Assembly: GCF_009914755.1 (NCBI RefSeq)
Contig: NC_060925.1
Strand: one strand, 5' to 3'
Source of the DNA: the human T2T-CHM13v2.0 reference genome, Homo sapiens
DNA: 64,000 bases
Positions 28,812 through 42,600 of this stretch are shown piece by piece. Position 1 is the first letter of the stretch. Every line of letters starts with the position of its first letter. Both the position numbers and the translations under genes were made by a program. The notes beneath the pieces are model-generated. The model ran no database searches. It worked only from the letters and a program-made list of their open reading frames with translations, and was not told the DNA's origin.

Positions 28812-31800
28812 GAATGGAATGGAACAGTCAATGAACTCGAATGGAATCATCATTGAATGGAATCGAATGGAATCATCGAGTGGAATCGAATGGAATTATG
28901 ATCAAATGGAATCGAATGTAATCATCATCCAATGGAATCAAAAATAACCATCATCAATTGGTATTGAATGGAATTGTCATCAAATGGAATTCAAAGGAAT
29001 CATCATCAAATGGAACCGAATGGAATCCTCATTGAATGGAAATGAAAGGGGTCATCATCTAATGGAATCGCAGGGAATCAACATCAAATGGAATCGAATG
29101 GAATCATCATCAAATGGAATCTAATGGAATCATTGAACAGAATTGAATGGAATCGTCATCGAATGAATTGAATGCAATCTTCGAATGGTCTCGAATGGAA
29201 TCATCTTCTAATGGAAAGGAATGGAATCATCGCATAGAATCGAATGGAATTATCATCGAATGGAATCGAATGGTATCAACACCAAACGGAAAAAAACGGA
29301 ATTATCGAATGGAATCGAAGAGAATCTTCGAACGGACCCGAATGGAATCATCTAATGGAATGGAATGGAATAATCCATGGACTCGAATGCAATCATCATC
29401 GAATGGAATCGAATGGAATCATCGAATGGACTCGAATGGAATAATCATTGAACGGAATCGAATGGAATCATCATCGGATGGAAACGAATGGAATCATCAT
29501 CGAATGGAAATGAAAGGAGTCATCATCTAATGGAATTGCATGGAATCATCATAAAATGGAATCGAATGGAATCAACATCAAATGGAATCAAATGGAATCA
29601 TTGAACAGAATTGAATGGAATCGTCATCGAATGAATTGAATGCAATCATCGAATGGTCTCGAATGGAATCATCTTCAAATGGAATGGAATGGAATCATCG
29701 CATAGAATCGAATGGAATTATCATCGAATGGAATCGAATGGAATCAACATCAAACGGAAAAAAACGGAATTATCGAATGGAATCGAAGAGAATCATCGAA
29801 TGGACCCGAATGGAATCATCTAATGGAAAGGAATGAAATAATCCATGGACTCGAATGCAATCATCATCGAATGGAATCGAATGGAATCATCGAATGGACA
29901 CGAATGGAATAATCATTGAACGGAATCGAATGGAATCATCATCGGATGGAAATGAATGGAATCATCATCGAATGGAATCGAATAGAATTATGGAATGAAA
30001 TCCAGTGTGATCATCATCGAATGGACCCGAATGGAATCATCATAAAACGGAAGCTAATGGAATCAACATCGAATGAATCGAATGGAAACACCATCGAATT
30101 GAAACGAATGGAATTATCATGAAATTGAAATGGATGGACTCATCATCGAATGGATTCGAATGGAATCATCGAATAAAATTGATTGAAATCATCATCCAAT
30201 GGAATCGAATGGTATCATTGAATGGAATCGAATGGAATCATCATCCGATGGAAATGAATGGAATCGTCATAGAATGGAATCGAATGGATTCATTGAATGG
30301 AATCAGATGGAATCATCGAATGGACTGGAATGGAATCATTGAATGGACTCGAAAGGGATCATTATTGAATGGAATTGAATGGAATCATCGAATGGTCTCG
30401 ATTGGAATCATTATCAAATGGAATCGAATGGAATCACCGAATAGAATCGAATGGAACAATCATCGAATGGACTCAAATGGAATTATCCTCCAATGGAATC
30501 GAATGGAATTATCGAATGCAATCGAATGGAATTATCATCGAATGGAATCGAATGGTATCAACACCAAACGGAAAAAAACGGAATTATCGAATGGAATCGA
30601 AGAGAATCTTCGAACGGACCCGAATGGAATCATCTAATGGAATGGAATGGAATAATCCATGGACTCGAATGCAATCATCATCGAATGGAATCGAATGGAA
30701 TCATCGAATGGACTCGAATGGAATAATCATTGAACGGAATCGAATGGAATCATCATCGGATGGAAACGAATGGAATCATCATCGAATGGAAATGAAAGGA
30801 GTCATCATCTAATGGAATTGCATGGAATCATCATAAAATGGAATCGAATGGAATCAACATCAAATGGAATCAAATGGAATCATTGAACGGAATTGAATGG
30901 AATCGTCATCGAATGAATTGACTGCAATCATCGAATGGTCTCGAATGGAATCATCTTCAAATGGAATGGAATGGAATCATCGCATAGAATCGAATGGAAT
31001 TATCATCGAATGGAATCGAATGGAATCAACATCAAACGGAAAAAAACGGAATTATCGAATGGAATCGAAGAGAATCATCGAACGGACCCGAATGGAATCA
31101 TCTAATGGAATGGAATGGAATAATCCATGGACTCGAATGCAATCATCATCGAATGGAATCGAATGGAATCATCGAATGGACTCGAATGGAATAATCATTG
31201 AACGGAATCGAATGGAATCATCATCGGATGGAAATGAATGGAATCATCATCGAATGGAATCGAATAGAATTATGGAATGAAATCCAGTGTGATGATCATC
31301 GAATGGACCCGAATGGAATCATCATCCAACGGAAGCTAATGGAATCAACATCGAATGAATCAAATGGAAACACCATCGAATTGAAACGAATGCAATTATC
31401 ATGAAATTGAAATGGATGGACTCATCATCGAATGGATTCGAATGGAATCATCGAATAAAATTGATTGAAATCATCATCGAATGGAATCGAATGGTATCAT
31501 TGAATGGAATCGAATGGAATCATCATCAGATGGAAATGAATGGAATCGTCATAGAATGGAATCGAATGGATTCATTGAATGGAATCAGATGGAATCATCG
31601 AATGGACTGGAATGGAATCATTGAATGGACTCGAAAGGGATCATGATTGAACGGAATTGAATGGAATCATCGAATGGTCTCGATTTGAATCATTATCAAA
31701 TGGAATCGAATGGAATCACCGAATAGAATCGAATGGAACAATCATCGAATGGACTCAAATGGAATTATCCTCAAATGGAATCGAATGGAATTATCGAATG

Positions 31801-34600
31801 GAATGGAATGGAACAGTCAATGAACTAGAATGGAATCATCATTGAATGGAATCGAATGGAATCATCGAGTGGAATCGAATGGAATTATGATCAAATGGAA
31901 TCGAATGTAATCATCATCCAATGGAATCAAAAATAACCATCATCAATTGGTATTGAATGGAATTGTCATCAAATGGAATTCAAAGGAATCATCATCAAAT
32001 GGAACCGAATGGAATCCTCATTGAATGGAAATGAAAGGGGTCATCATCTAATGGAATCGCATGGAATCATCATCAAATGGAATCGAATGGAATCATCATC
32101 AAATGGAATCTAATGGAATCATTGAACAGAATTGAATGGAATCGTCATCGAATGAATTGAATGCAATCATCGAATGGTCTCGAATGGAATCATCTTCTAA
32201 TGGAAAGGAATGGAATCATCGCATAGAATCGAATGGAATTATCATCGAATGGAATGGAATGGTATCAACACCAAACGGAAAAAAACGGAATTATCGAATG
32301 GAATCAAAGAGAATCTTCGAACGGACCCGAATGGAATCATCTAATGGAATGGAATGGAATAATCCATGGACTCGAATGCAATCATCATCGAATGGAATGG
32401 AATGGAATCATCGAATGGACTCGAATGGAATAATCATTGAACGGAATCGAATGGAATCATCATCGGATGGAAACGAATGGAATCATCATCGAATGGAAAT
32501 GAAAGGAGTCATCATCTAATGGAATTGCATGGAATCATCATAAAATGGAATCGAATGGAATCAACATCAAATGGAATCAAATGGAATCATTGAACGGAAT
32601 TGAATGGAATCGTCATCGAATGAATTGAATGCAATCATCGAATGGTCTCGAATGGAATCATCTTCAAATGGAATGGAATGGAATCATCGCATAGAATCGA
32701 ATGGAATTATCATCGAATGGAATCGAATGGAATCAACATCAAACGGAAAAAAACGGAATTATCGAATGGAATCGAAGAGAATCATCGAATGGACCCGAAT
32801 GGAATCATCTAATGGAATGGAATGAAATAATCCATGGACTCGAATGCAATCATCATCGAATGGAATCGAATGGAATCATCGAATGGACTCGAATGGAATA
32901 ATCATTGAACGGAATCGAATGGAATCATCATCGGATGGAAATGAATGGAATCATCATCGAATGGAATCGAATAGAATTATGGAATGAAATCCAGTGTGAT
33001 CATCATCGAATGGACCCGAATGGAATCATCATAAAACGGAAGCTAATGGAATCAACATCGAATGAATCGAATGGAAACACCATCGAATTGAAACGAATGG
33101 AATTATCATGAAATTGAAATGGATGGACTCATCATCGAATGGATTCGAATGGAATCATCGAATAAAATTGATTGAAATCATCATCCAATGGAATCGAATG
33201 GTATCATTGAATGGAATCGAATGGAATCATCATCCGATGGAAATGAATGGAATCGTCATAGAATGGAATCGAATGGATTCATTGAATGGAATCAGATGGA
33301 ATCATCGAATGGACTGGAATGGAATCATTGAATGGACTCGAAAGGGATCATTATTGAATGGAATTGAATGGAATCATCGAATGGTCTCGATTGGAATCAT
33401 TATCAAATGGAATCGAATGGAATCACCGAATAGAATCGAATGGAACAATCATCGAATGGACTCAAATGGAATTATCCTCCAATGGAATCGAATGGAATTA
33501 TCGAATGCAATCGAATGGAATTATCATCGAATGGAATCGAATGGTATCAACACCAAACGGAAAAAAACGGAATTATCGAATGGAATCGAAGAGAATCTTC
33601 GAACGGACCCGAATGGAATCATCTAATGGAATGGAATGGAATAATCCATGGACTCGAATGCAATCATCATCGAATGGAATCGAATGGAATCATCGAATGG
33701 ACTCGAATGGAATAATCATTGAACGGAATCGAATGGAATCATCATCGGATGGAAACGAATGGAATCATCATCGAATGGAAATGAAAGGAGTCATCATCTA
33801 ATGGAATTGCATGGAATCATCATAAAATGGAATCGAATGGAATCAACATCAAATGGAATCAAATGGAATCATTGAACGGAATTGAATGGAATCGTCATCG
33901 AATGAATTGACTGCAATCATCGAATGGTCTCGAATGGAATCATCTTCAAATGGAATGGAATGGAATCATCGCATAGAATCGAATGGAATTATCATCGAAT
34001 GGAATCGAATGGAATCAACATCAAACGGAAAAAAACGGAATTATCGAATGGAATCGAAGAGAATCATCGAATGGACCCGAATGGAATCATCTAATGGAAT
34101 GGAATGGAATAATCCATGGACTCGAATGCAATCATCATCGAATGGAATCGAATGGAATCATCGAATGGACTCGAATGGAATAATCATTGAACGGAATCGA
34201 ATGGAATCATCATCGGATGGAAATGAATGGAATCATCATCGAATGGAATCGAATAGAATTATGGAATGAAATCCAGTGTGATCATCATCGAATGGACCCG
34301 AATGGAATCATCATCCAACGGAAGCTAATGGAATCAACATCGAATGAATCAAATGGAAACACCATCGAATTGAAACGAATGGAATTATCATGAAATTGAA
34401 ATGGATGGACTCATCATCGAATGGATTCGAATGGAATCATCGAATAAAATTGATTGAAATCATCATCGAATGGAATCGAATGGTATCATTGAATGGAATC
34501 GAATGGAATCATCATCAGATGGAAATGAATGGAATCGTCATAGAATGGAATCGAATGGATTCATTGAATGGAATCAGATGGAATCATCGAATGGACTGGA
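28812..34600 (+). repeat. 2,989-bp duplicated block containing two 1,282-bp (494-bp deleted) units and one 1,707-bp (69-bp shorter) unit
   Basis: Spacings 29615-30897 = 1282, 30897-32604 = 1707, 32604-33886 = 1282. Shared private variants at offset 2989: GAATGAAATAATCC, CATAAAACGG, CATCCGATGG, CATCATCCAATGGAATCAAAAA. Confidence 0.88.
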
Positions 34601-37600
34601 ATGGAATCATTGAATGGACTCGAAAGGGATCATGATTGAATGGAATTGAATGGAATCATCGAATGGTCTCGATTGGAATCATTATCAAATGGAATCGAAT
34701 GGAATCACCGAATAGAATCGAATGGAACAATCATCGAATGGACTCAAATGGAATTATCCTCCAATGGAATCGAATGGATTTATCAAATGCAATAGAATAG
34801 AATCATCGAATGGACTGGAATGGAATCATTGAATGGACTCGAAAGGGATCATGATTGAATGGAATTGAATGGAATCATCGAATGGTCTCGATTGGAATCA
34901 TTATCAAATGGAATCGAATGGAATCACCGAATAGAATAGAATGGAACAATCATCGAATGGACTCAAATGGAATTATCCTCAAATGGAATCGAATGGAATT
35001 ATCGAATGCAATCGAATGGAATTTTCGAATGCAATCGAATAGAATCATCGAATGGACTCGAATGGAATCATCGAATGGAATGGAATGGAACAGTCAATGA
35101 ACTCGAATGGAATCATCATTGAATGGAATCGAATGGAATCATCGAGTGGAATCGAATGGAATTATGATCAAATGGAATCGAATGTAATCATCATCAAATG
35201 GAATCAAAAATAACCATCATCAATTGGTATTGAATGGAATTGTCATCAAATGGAATTCAAAGGAATCATCATCAAATGGAACCGAATGGAATCCTCATTG
35301 AATGGAAATGAAAGGGGTCATCATCTAATGGAATCGCATGGAATCATCATCAAATGGAATCGAATGGAATCATCATCAAATGGAATCTAATGGAATCATT
35401 GAACAGAATTGAATGGAATCGTCATCGAATGAATTGAATGCAATCATCGAATGGTCTCGAATGGAATCATCTTCTAATGGAAAGGAATGGAATCATCGCA
35501 TAGAATCGAATGGAATTATCATCGAATGGAATCGAATGGTATCAACACCAAACGGAAAAAAACGGAATTATCGAATGGAATCGAAGAGAATCTTCGAACG
35601 GACCCGAATGGAATCATCTAATGGAATGGAATGGAATAATCCATGGACTCGAATGCAATCATCATCGAATGGAATCGAATGGAATCATCAAATGGACTCG
35701 AATGGAATAATCATTGAACGGAATCGAATGGAATCATCATCGGATGGAAACGAATGGAATCATCATCGAATGGAAATGAAAGGAGTCATCATCTAATGGA
35801 ATTGCATGGAATCATCATAAAATGGAATCGAATGGAATCAACATCAAATGGAATCAAATGGAATCATTGAACGGAATTGAATGGAATCGTCATCGAATGA
35901 ATTGACTGCAATCATCGAATGGTCTCGAATGGAATCATCTTCAAATGGAATGGAATGGAATCATCGCATAGAATCGAATGGAATTATCATCGAATGGAAT
36001 CGAATGGAATCAACATCAAACGGAAAAAAACGGAATTATCGAATGGAATCGAAGAGAATCATCGAATGGACCCGAATGGAATCATCTAATGGAATGGAAT
36101 GGAATAATCCATGGACTCGAATGCAATCATCATCGAATGGAATCGAATGGAATCATCGAATGGACTCGAATGGAATAATCATTGAACGGAATCGAATGGA
36201 ATCATCATCGGATGGAAATGAATGGAATCATCATCGAATGGAATCGAATAGAATTATGGAATGAAATCCAGTGTGATCATCATCGAATGGACCCGAATGG
36301 AATCATCATCCAACGGAAGCTAATGGAATCAACATCGAATGAATCAAATGGAAACACCATCGAATTGAAACGAATGGAATTATCATGAAATTGAAATGGA
36401 TGGACTCATCATCGAATGGATTCGAATGGAATCATCGAATAAAATTGATTGAAATCATCATCGAATGGAATCGAATGGTATCATTGAATGGAATCGAATG
36501 GAATCATCATCAGATGGAAATGAATGGAATCGTCATAGAATGGAATCGAATGGATTCATTGAATGGAATCAGATGGAATCATCGAATGGACTGGAATGGA
36601 ATCATTGAATGGACTCGAAAGGGATCATGATTGAATGGAATTGAATGGAATCATCGAATGGTCTCGATTGGAATCATTATCAAATGGAATCGAATGGAAT
36701 CACCGAATAGAATCGAATGGAACAATCATCGAATGGACTCAAATGGAATTATCCTCCAATGGAATCGAATGGATTTATCAAATGCAATGGAATAGAATCA
36801 TCGAATGGACTGGAATGGAATCATTGAATGGACTCGAAAGGGATCATGATTGAATGGAATTGAATGGAATCATCGAATGGTCTCGATTGGAATCATTATC
36901 AAATGGAATCGAATGGAATCACCGAATAGAATAGAATGGAACAATCATCGAATGGACTCAAATGGAATTATCCTCAAATGGAATCGAATGGAATTATCGA
37001 ATGCAATCGAATGGAATTTTCGAATGCAATCGAATAGAATCATCGAATGGACTCGAATGGAATCATCGAATGGAATGGAATGGAACAGTCAATGAACTCG
37101 AATGGAATCATCATTGAATGGAATCGAATGGAATCATCGAGTGGAATCGAATGGAATTATGATCAAATGGAATCGAATGTAATCATCATCAAATGGAATC
37201 AAAAATAACCATCATCAATTGGTATTGAATGGAATTGTCATCAAATGGAATTCAAAGGAATCATCATCAAATGGAACCGAATGGAATCCTCATTGAATGG
37301 AAATGAAAGGGGTCATCATCTAATGGAATCGCATGGAATCATCATCAAATGGAATCGAATGGAATCATCATCAAATGGAATCTAATGGAATCATTGAACA
37401 GAATTGAATGGAATGGTCATCGAATGAATTGAATGCAATCATCGAATGGTCTCGAATGGAATCATCTTCTAATGGAAAGGAATGGAATCATCGCATAGAA
37501 TCGAATGGAATTATCATCGAATGGAATCGAATGGTATCAACACCAAACGGAAAAAAACGGAATTATCGAATGGAATCGAAGAGAATCTTCGAACGGACCC

Positions 37601-37875
37601 GAATGGAATCATCTAATGGAATGGAATGGAATAATCCATGGACTCGAATGCAATCATCATCGAATGGAATCGAATGGAATCATCAAATGGACTCGAATGG
37701 AATAATCATTGAACGGAATCGAATGGAATCATCATCGGATGGAAACGAATGGAATCATCATAGAATGGAAATGAAAGGAGTCATCATCTAATGGAATTGC
37801 ATGGAATCATCATAAAATGGAATCGAATGGAATCAACATCAAATGGAATCAAATGGAATCATTGAACGGAATTGA
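33886..37875 (+). repeat. Two adjacent 1,995-bp units (+219-bp duplication, copies 2 and 3)
   Basis: Spacing 33886/35881/37876 = 1995. Junctions at ~34800 and ~36795 have the same structure as the one at 5545. Confidence 0.92.
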
Positions 37876-39628
37876 ATGGAATCGTCATCGAATGAATTGA
37901 CTGCAATCATCGAATGGTCTCGAATGGAATCATCTTCAAATGGAATGGAATGGAATCATCGCATAGAATCGAATGGAATTATCATCGAATGGAATCGAAT
38001 GGAATCAACATCAAACGGAAAAAAACGGAATTATCGAATGGAATCGAAGAGAATCATCGAATGGACCCGAATGGAATCATCTAATGGAATGGAATGGAAT
38101 AATCCATGGACTCGAATGCAATCATCATCGAATGGAATCGAATGGAATCATCGAATGGACTCGAATGGAATAATCATTGAACGGAATCGAATGGAATCAT
38201 CATCGGATGGAAATGAATGGAATCATCATCGAATGGAATCGAATAGAATTATGGAATGAAATCCAGTGTGATCATCATCGAATGGACCCGAATGGAATCA
38301 TCATCCAACGGAAGCTAATGGAATCAACATCGAATGAATCAAATGGAAACACCATCGAATTGAAACGAATGGAATTATCATGAAATTGAAATGGATGGAC
38401 TCATCATCGAATGGATTCGAATGGAATCATCGAATAAAATTGATTGAAATCATCATCGAATGGAATCGAATGGTATCATTGAATGGAATCGAATGGAATC
38501 ATCATCAGATGGAAATGAATGGAATCGTCATAGAATGGAATCGAATGGATTCATTGAATGGAATCAGATGGAATCATCGAATGGACTGGAATGGAATCAT
38601 TGAATGGACTCGAAAGGGATCATGATTGAATGGAATTGAATGGAATCATCGAATGGTCTCGATTGGAATCATTATCAAATGGAATCGAATGGAATCACCG
38701 AATAGAATCGAATGGAACAATCATCGAATGGACTCAAATGGAATTATCCTCCAATGGAATCGAATGGATTTATCGAATGCAATGGAATAGAATCATCGAA
38801 TGGACTCGAATGGAATTATCGAACGGAATGGAATGGAACAGTCAATGAACTCGAATGGAATCATCATTGAATGGAATCGAATGGAATCATCGAGTGGAAT
38901 CGAATGGAATTATGATCAAATGGAATCGAATGTAATCATCATCAAATGGAATCAAAAATAACCATCATCAATTGGTATTGAATGGAATTGTCATCAAATG
39001 GAATTCAAAGGAATCATCATCAAATGGAACCGAATGGAATCCTCATTGAATGGAAATGAAAGGGGTCATCATCTAATGGAATCGCATGGAATCATCATCA
39101 AATGGAATCGAATGGAATCATCATCAAATGGAATCTAATGGAATCATTGAACAGAATTGAATGGAATCGTCATCGAATGAATTGAATGCAATCATCGAAT
39201 GGTCTCGAATGGAATCATCTTCTAATGGAAAGGAATGGAATCATCGCATAGAATCGAATGGAATTATCATCGAATGGAATCGAATGGTATCAACACCAAA
39301 CGGAAAAAAACGGAATTATCGAATGGAATCGAAGAGAATCTTCGAACGGACCCGAATGGAATCATCTAATGGAATGGAATGGAATAATCCATGGACTCGA
39401 ATGCAATCATCATCGAATGGAATCAAATGGAATCATCGAATGGACTCGAATGGAATAATCATTGAACGGAATCGAATGGAATCATCATCGGATGGAAACG
39501 AATGGAATCATCATCGAATGGAAATGAAAGGAGTCATCATCTAATGGAATTGCATGGAATCATCATAAAATGGAATCGAATGGAATCAACATCAAATGGA
39601 ATCAAATGGAATCATTGAACGGAATTGA
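37876..39628 (+). repeat. Single 1,753-bp unit (23-bp deletion haplotype)
   Basis: Spacing 1753; GGATTTATCGAATGCAATGGAATAG at ~38766, followed by TATCGAACGG. Confidence 0.9.
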
Positions 39629-42600
39629 ATGGAATCGTCATCGAATGAATTGAATGCAATCATCGAATGGTCTCGAATGGAATCATCTTCAAATGGAATG
39701 GAATGGAATCATCGCATAGAATCGAATGGAATTATCATCGAATGGAATCGAATGGAATCAACATCAAACGGAAAAAAACGGAATTATCGAATGGAATCGA
39801 AGAGAATCATCGAATGGACCCGAATGGAATCATCTAATGGAATGGAATGGAATAATCCATGGACTCGAATGCAATCATCATCGAATGGAATCGAATGGAA
39901 TCATCGAATGGACTCGAATGGAATAATCATTGAACGGAATCGAATGGAATCATCATCGGATGGAAATGAATGGAATCATCATCGAATGGAATCGAATAGA
40001 ATTATGGAATGAAATCCAGTGTGATCATCATCGAATGGACCCGAATGGAATCATCATACAACGGAAGCTAATGGAATCAACATCGAATGAATCGAATGGA
40101 AACACCATCGAATTGAAACGAATGGAATTATCATGAAATTGAAATGGATGGACTCATCATCGAATGGATTCGAATGGAATCATCGAATAAAATTGATTGA
40201 AATCATCATCCAATGGAATCGAATGGTATCATTGAATGGAATCGAATGGAATCATCATCAGATGGAAATGAATGGAATCGTCATAGAATGGAATCGAATG
40301 GATTCATTGAATGGAATCAGATGGAATCATCGAATGGACTGGAATGGAATCATTGAATGGACTCGAAAGGGATCATGATTGAATGGAATTGAATGGAATC
40401 ATCGAATGGTCTCGATTGGAATCATTATCAAATGGAATCGAATGGAATCACCGAATAGAATCGAATGGAACAATCATCGAATGGACTCAAATGGAATTAT
40501 CCTCAAATGGAATCGAATGGAATTATCGAATGCAATCGAATGGAATTATCGAATGAAATCGAATAGAATCATCGAAAGGACTCGAATGGAATCATCGAAT
40601 GGAATGGAATGGAACAGTCAATGAACTCGAATGGAATCATCATTGAATGGAATCGAATGGAATCATCGAGTGGAATCAAATGGAATTATGATCAAATGGA
40701 ATCGAATGTAATCATCATCAAATGGAATCAAAAATAACCATCATCAATTGGTATTGAATGGAATTGTCATCAAATGGAATTCAAAGGAATCATCATCAAA
40801 TGGAACCGAATGGAATCCTCATTGAATGGAAATGAAAGGGGTCATCATCTAATGGAATCGCATGGAATCATCATCAAATGGAATCGAATGGAATCATCAT
40901 CAAATGGAATCTAATGGAATCATTGAACAGAATTGAATGGAATGGTCATCGAATGAATTGAATGCAATCATCGAGTGGTCTCGAATGGAATCATCTTCTA
41001 ATGGAAACGAATGGAATCATCGCATAGAATCGAATGGAATTATCATCGAATGGAATCGAATGGTATCAACACCAAACGGAAAAAAACGGAATTATCGAAT
41101 GGAATCGAAGAGAATCTTCGAACGGACCCGAATGGAATCATCTAATGGAATGGAATGGAATAATCCATGGACTCGAATGCAATCATCATCGAATGGAATC
41201 GAATGGAATCATCGAATGGACTCGAATGGAATAATCATTGAACGGAATCGAATGGAATCATCATCGGATGGAAACGAATGGAATCATCATCGAATGGAAA
41301 TGAAAGGAGTCATCATCTAATGGAATTGCATGGAATCATCATAAAATGGAATCGAATGGAATCAACATCAAATGGAATCAAATGGAATCATTGAACGGAA
41401 TTGAATGGAATCGTCATCGAATGAATTGAATGCAATCATCGAATGGTCTCGAATGGAATCATCTTCAAATGGAATGGAATGGAATCATCGCATAGAATCG
41501 AATGGAATTATCATCGAATGGAATCGAATGGAATCAACATCAAACGGAAAAAAACGGAATTATCGAATGGAATCGAAGAGAATCATCGAATGGACCCGAA
41601 TGGAATCATCTAAAGGAATGGAATGGAATAATCCATGGACTCGAATGCAATCATCATCCAATGGAATCGAATGGAATCATCGAATGGACTCGAATGGAAT
41701 AATCATTGAACGGAATCGAATGGAATCATCATCGGATGGAAATGAATGGAATCATCATCGAATGGAATCGAATAGAATTATGGAATGAAATCCAGTGTGA
41801 TCATCATCGAATGGACCCGAATGGAATCATCATCCAACGGAAGCTAATGGAATCAACATCGAATGAATCGAATGGAAACACCATCGAATTGAAACGAATG
41901 GAATTATCATGAAATTGAAATGGATGGACTCATCATCGAATGGATTCGAATGGAATCATCGAATAAAATTGATTGAAATCATCATCCAATGGAATCGAAT
42001 GGTATCATTGAATGGAATCGAATGGAATCATCAACAGATGGAAATGAATGGAATCGTCATAGAATGGAATCGAATGGATTCATTGAATGGAATCAGATGG
42101 AATCATCGAATGGACTGGAATGGAATCATTGAATGGACTCGAAAGGGATCATTATTGAATGGAATTGAATGGAATCATCGAATGGTCTCGATTGGAATCA
42201 TTATCAAATGGAATCGAATGGAATCACCGAATAGAATCGAATGGAACAATCATCGAATGGACTCAAATGGAATTATCCTCCAATGGAATCGAATGGAATT
42301 ATCGAATGCAATCGAATGGAATTATCGAATGCAATCGAATAGAATCATCGAATGGACTCGAATGGAATCATCGAATGGAATGGAATGGAACAGTCAATGA
42401 ACTCGAATGGAATCATCATTGAATGGAATCGAATGGAATCATCGAGTGGAATCGAATGGAATTATGATCAAATGGAATCGAATGTAATCATCATCAAATG
42501 GAATCAAAAATAACCATCATCAATTGGTATTGAATGGAATTGTCATCAAATGGAATTCAAAGGAATCATCATCAAATGGAACCGAATGGAATCCTCATTG

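Noticed and set aside
28344-33801. Longer ORFs (170, 172 and 147 aa)
   Set aside because: They arise from a TGA>TTA variant, a 1-bp frameshift and the 494-bp deletion fusing satellite frames. Nothing suggests coding constraint.
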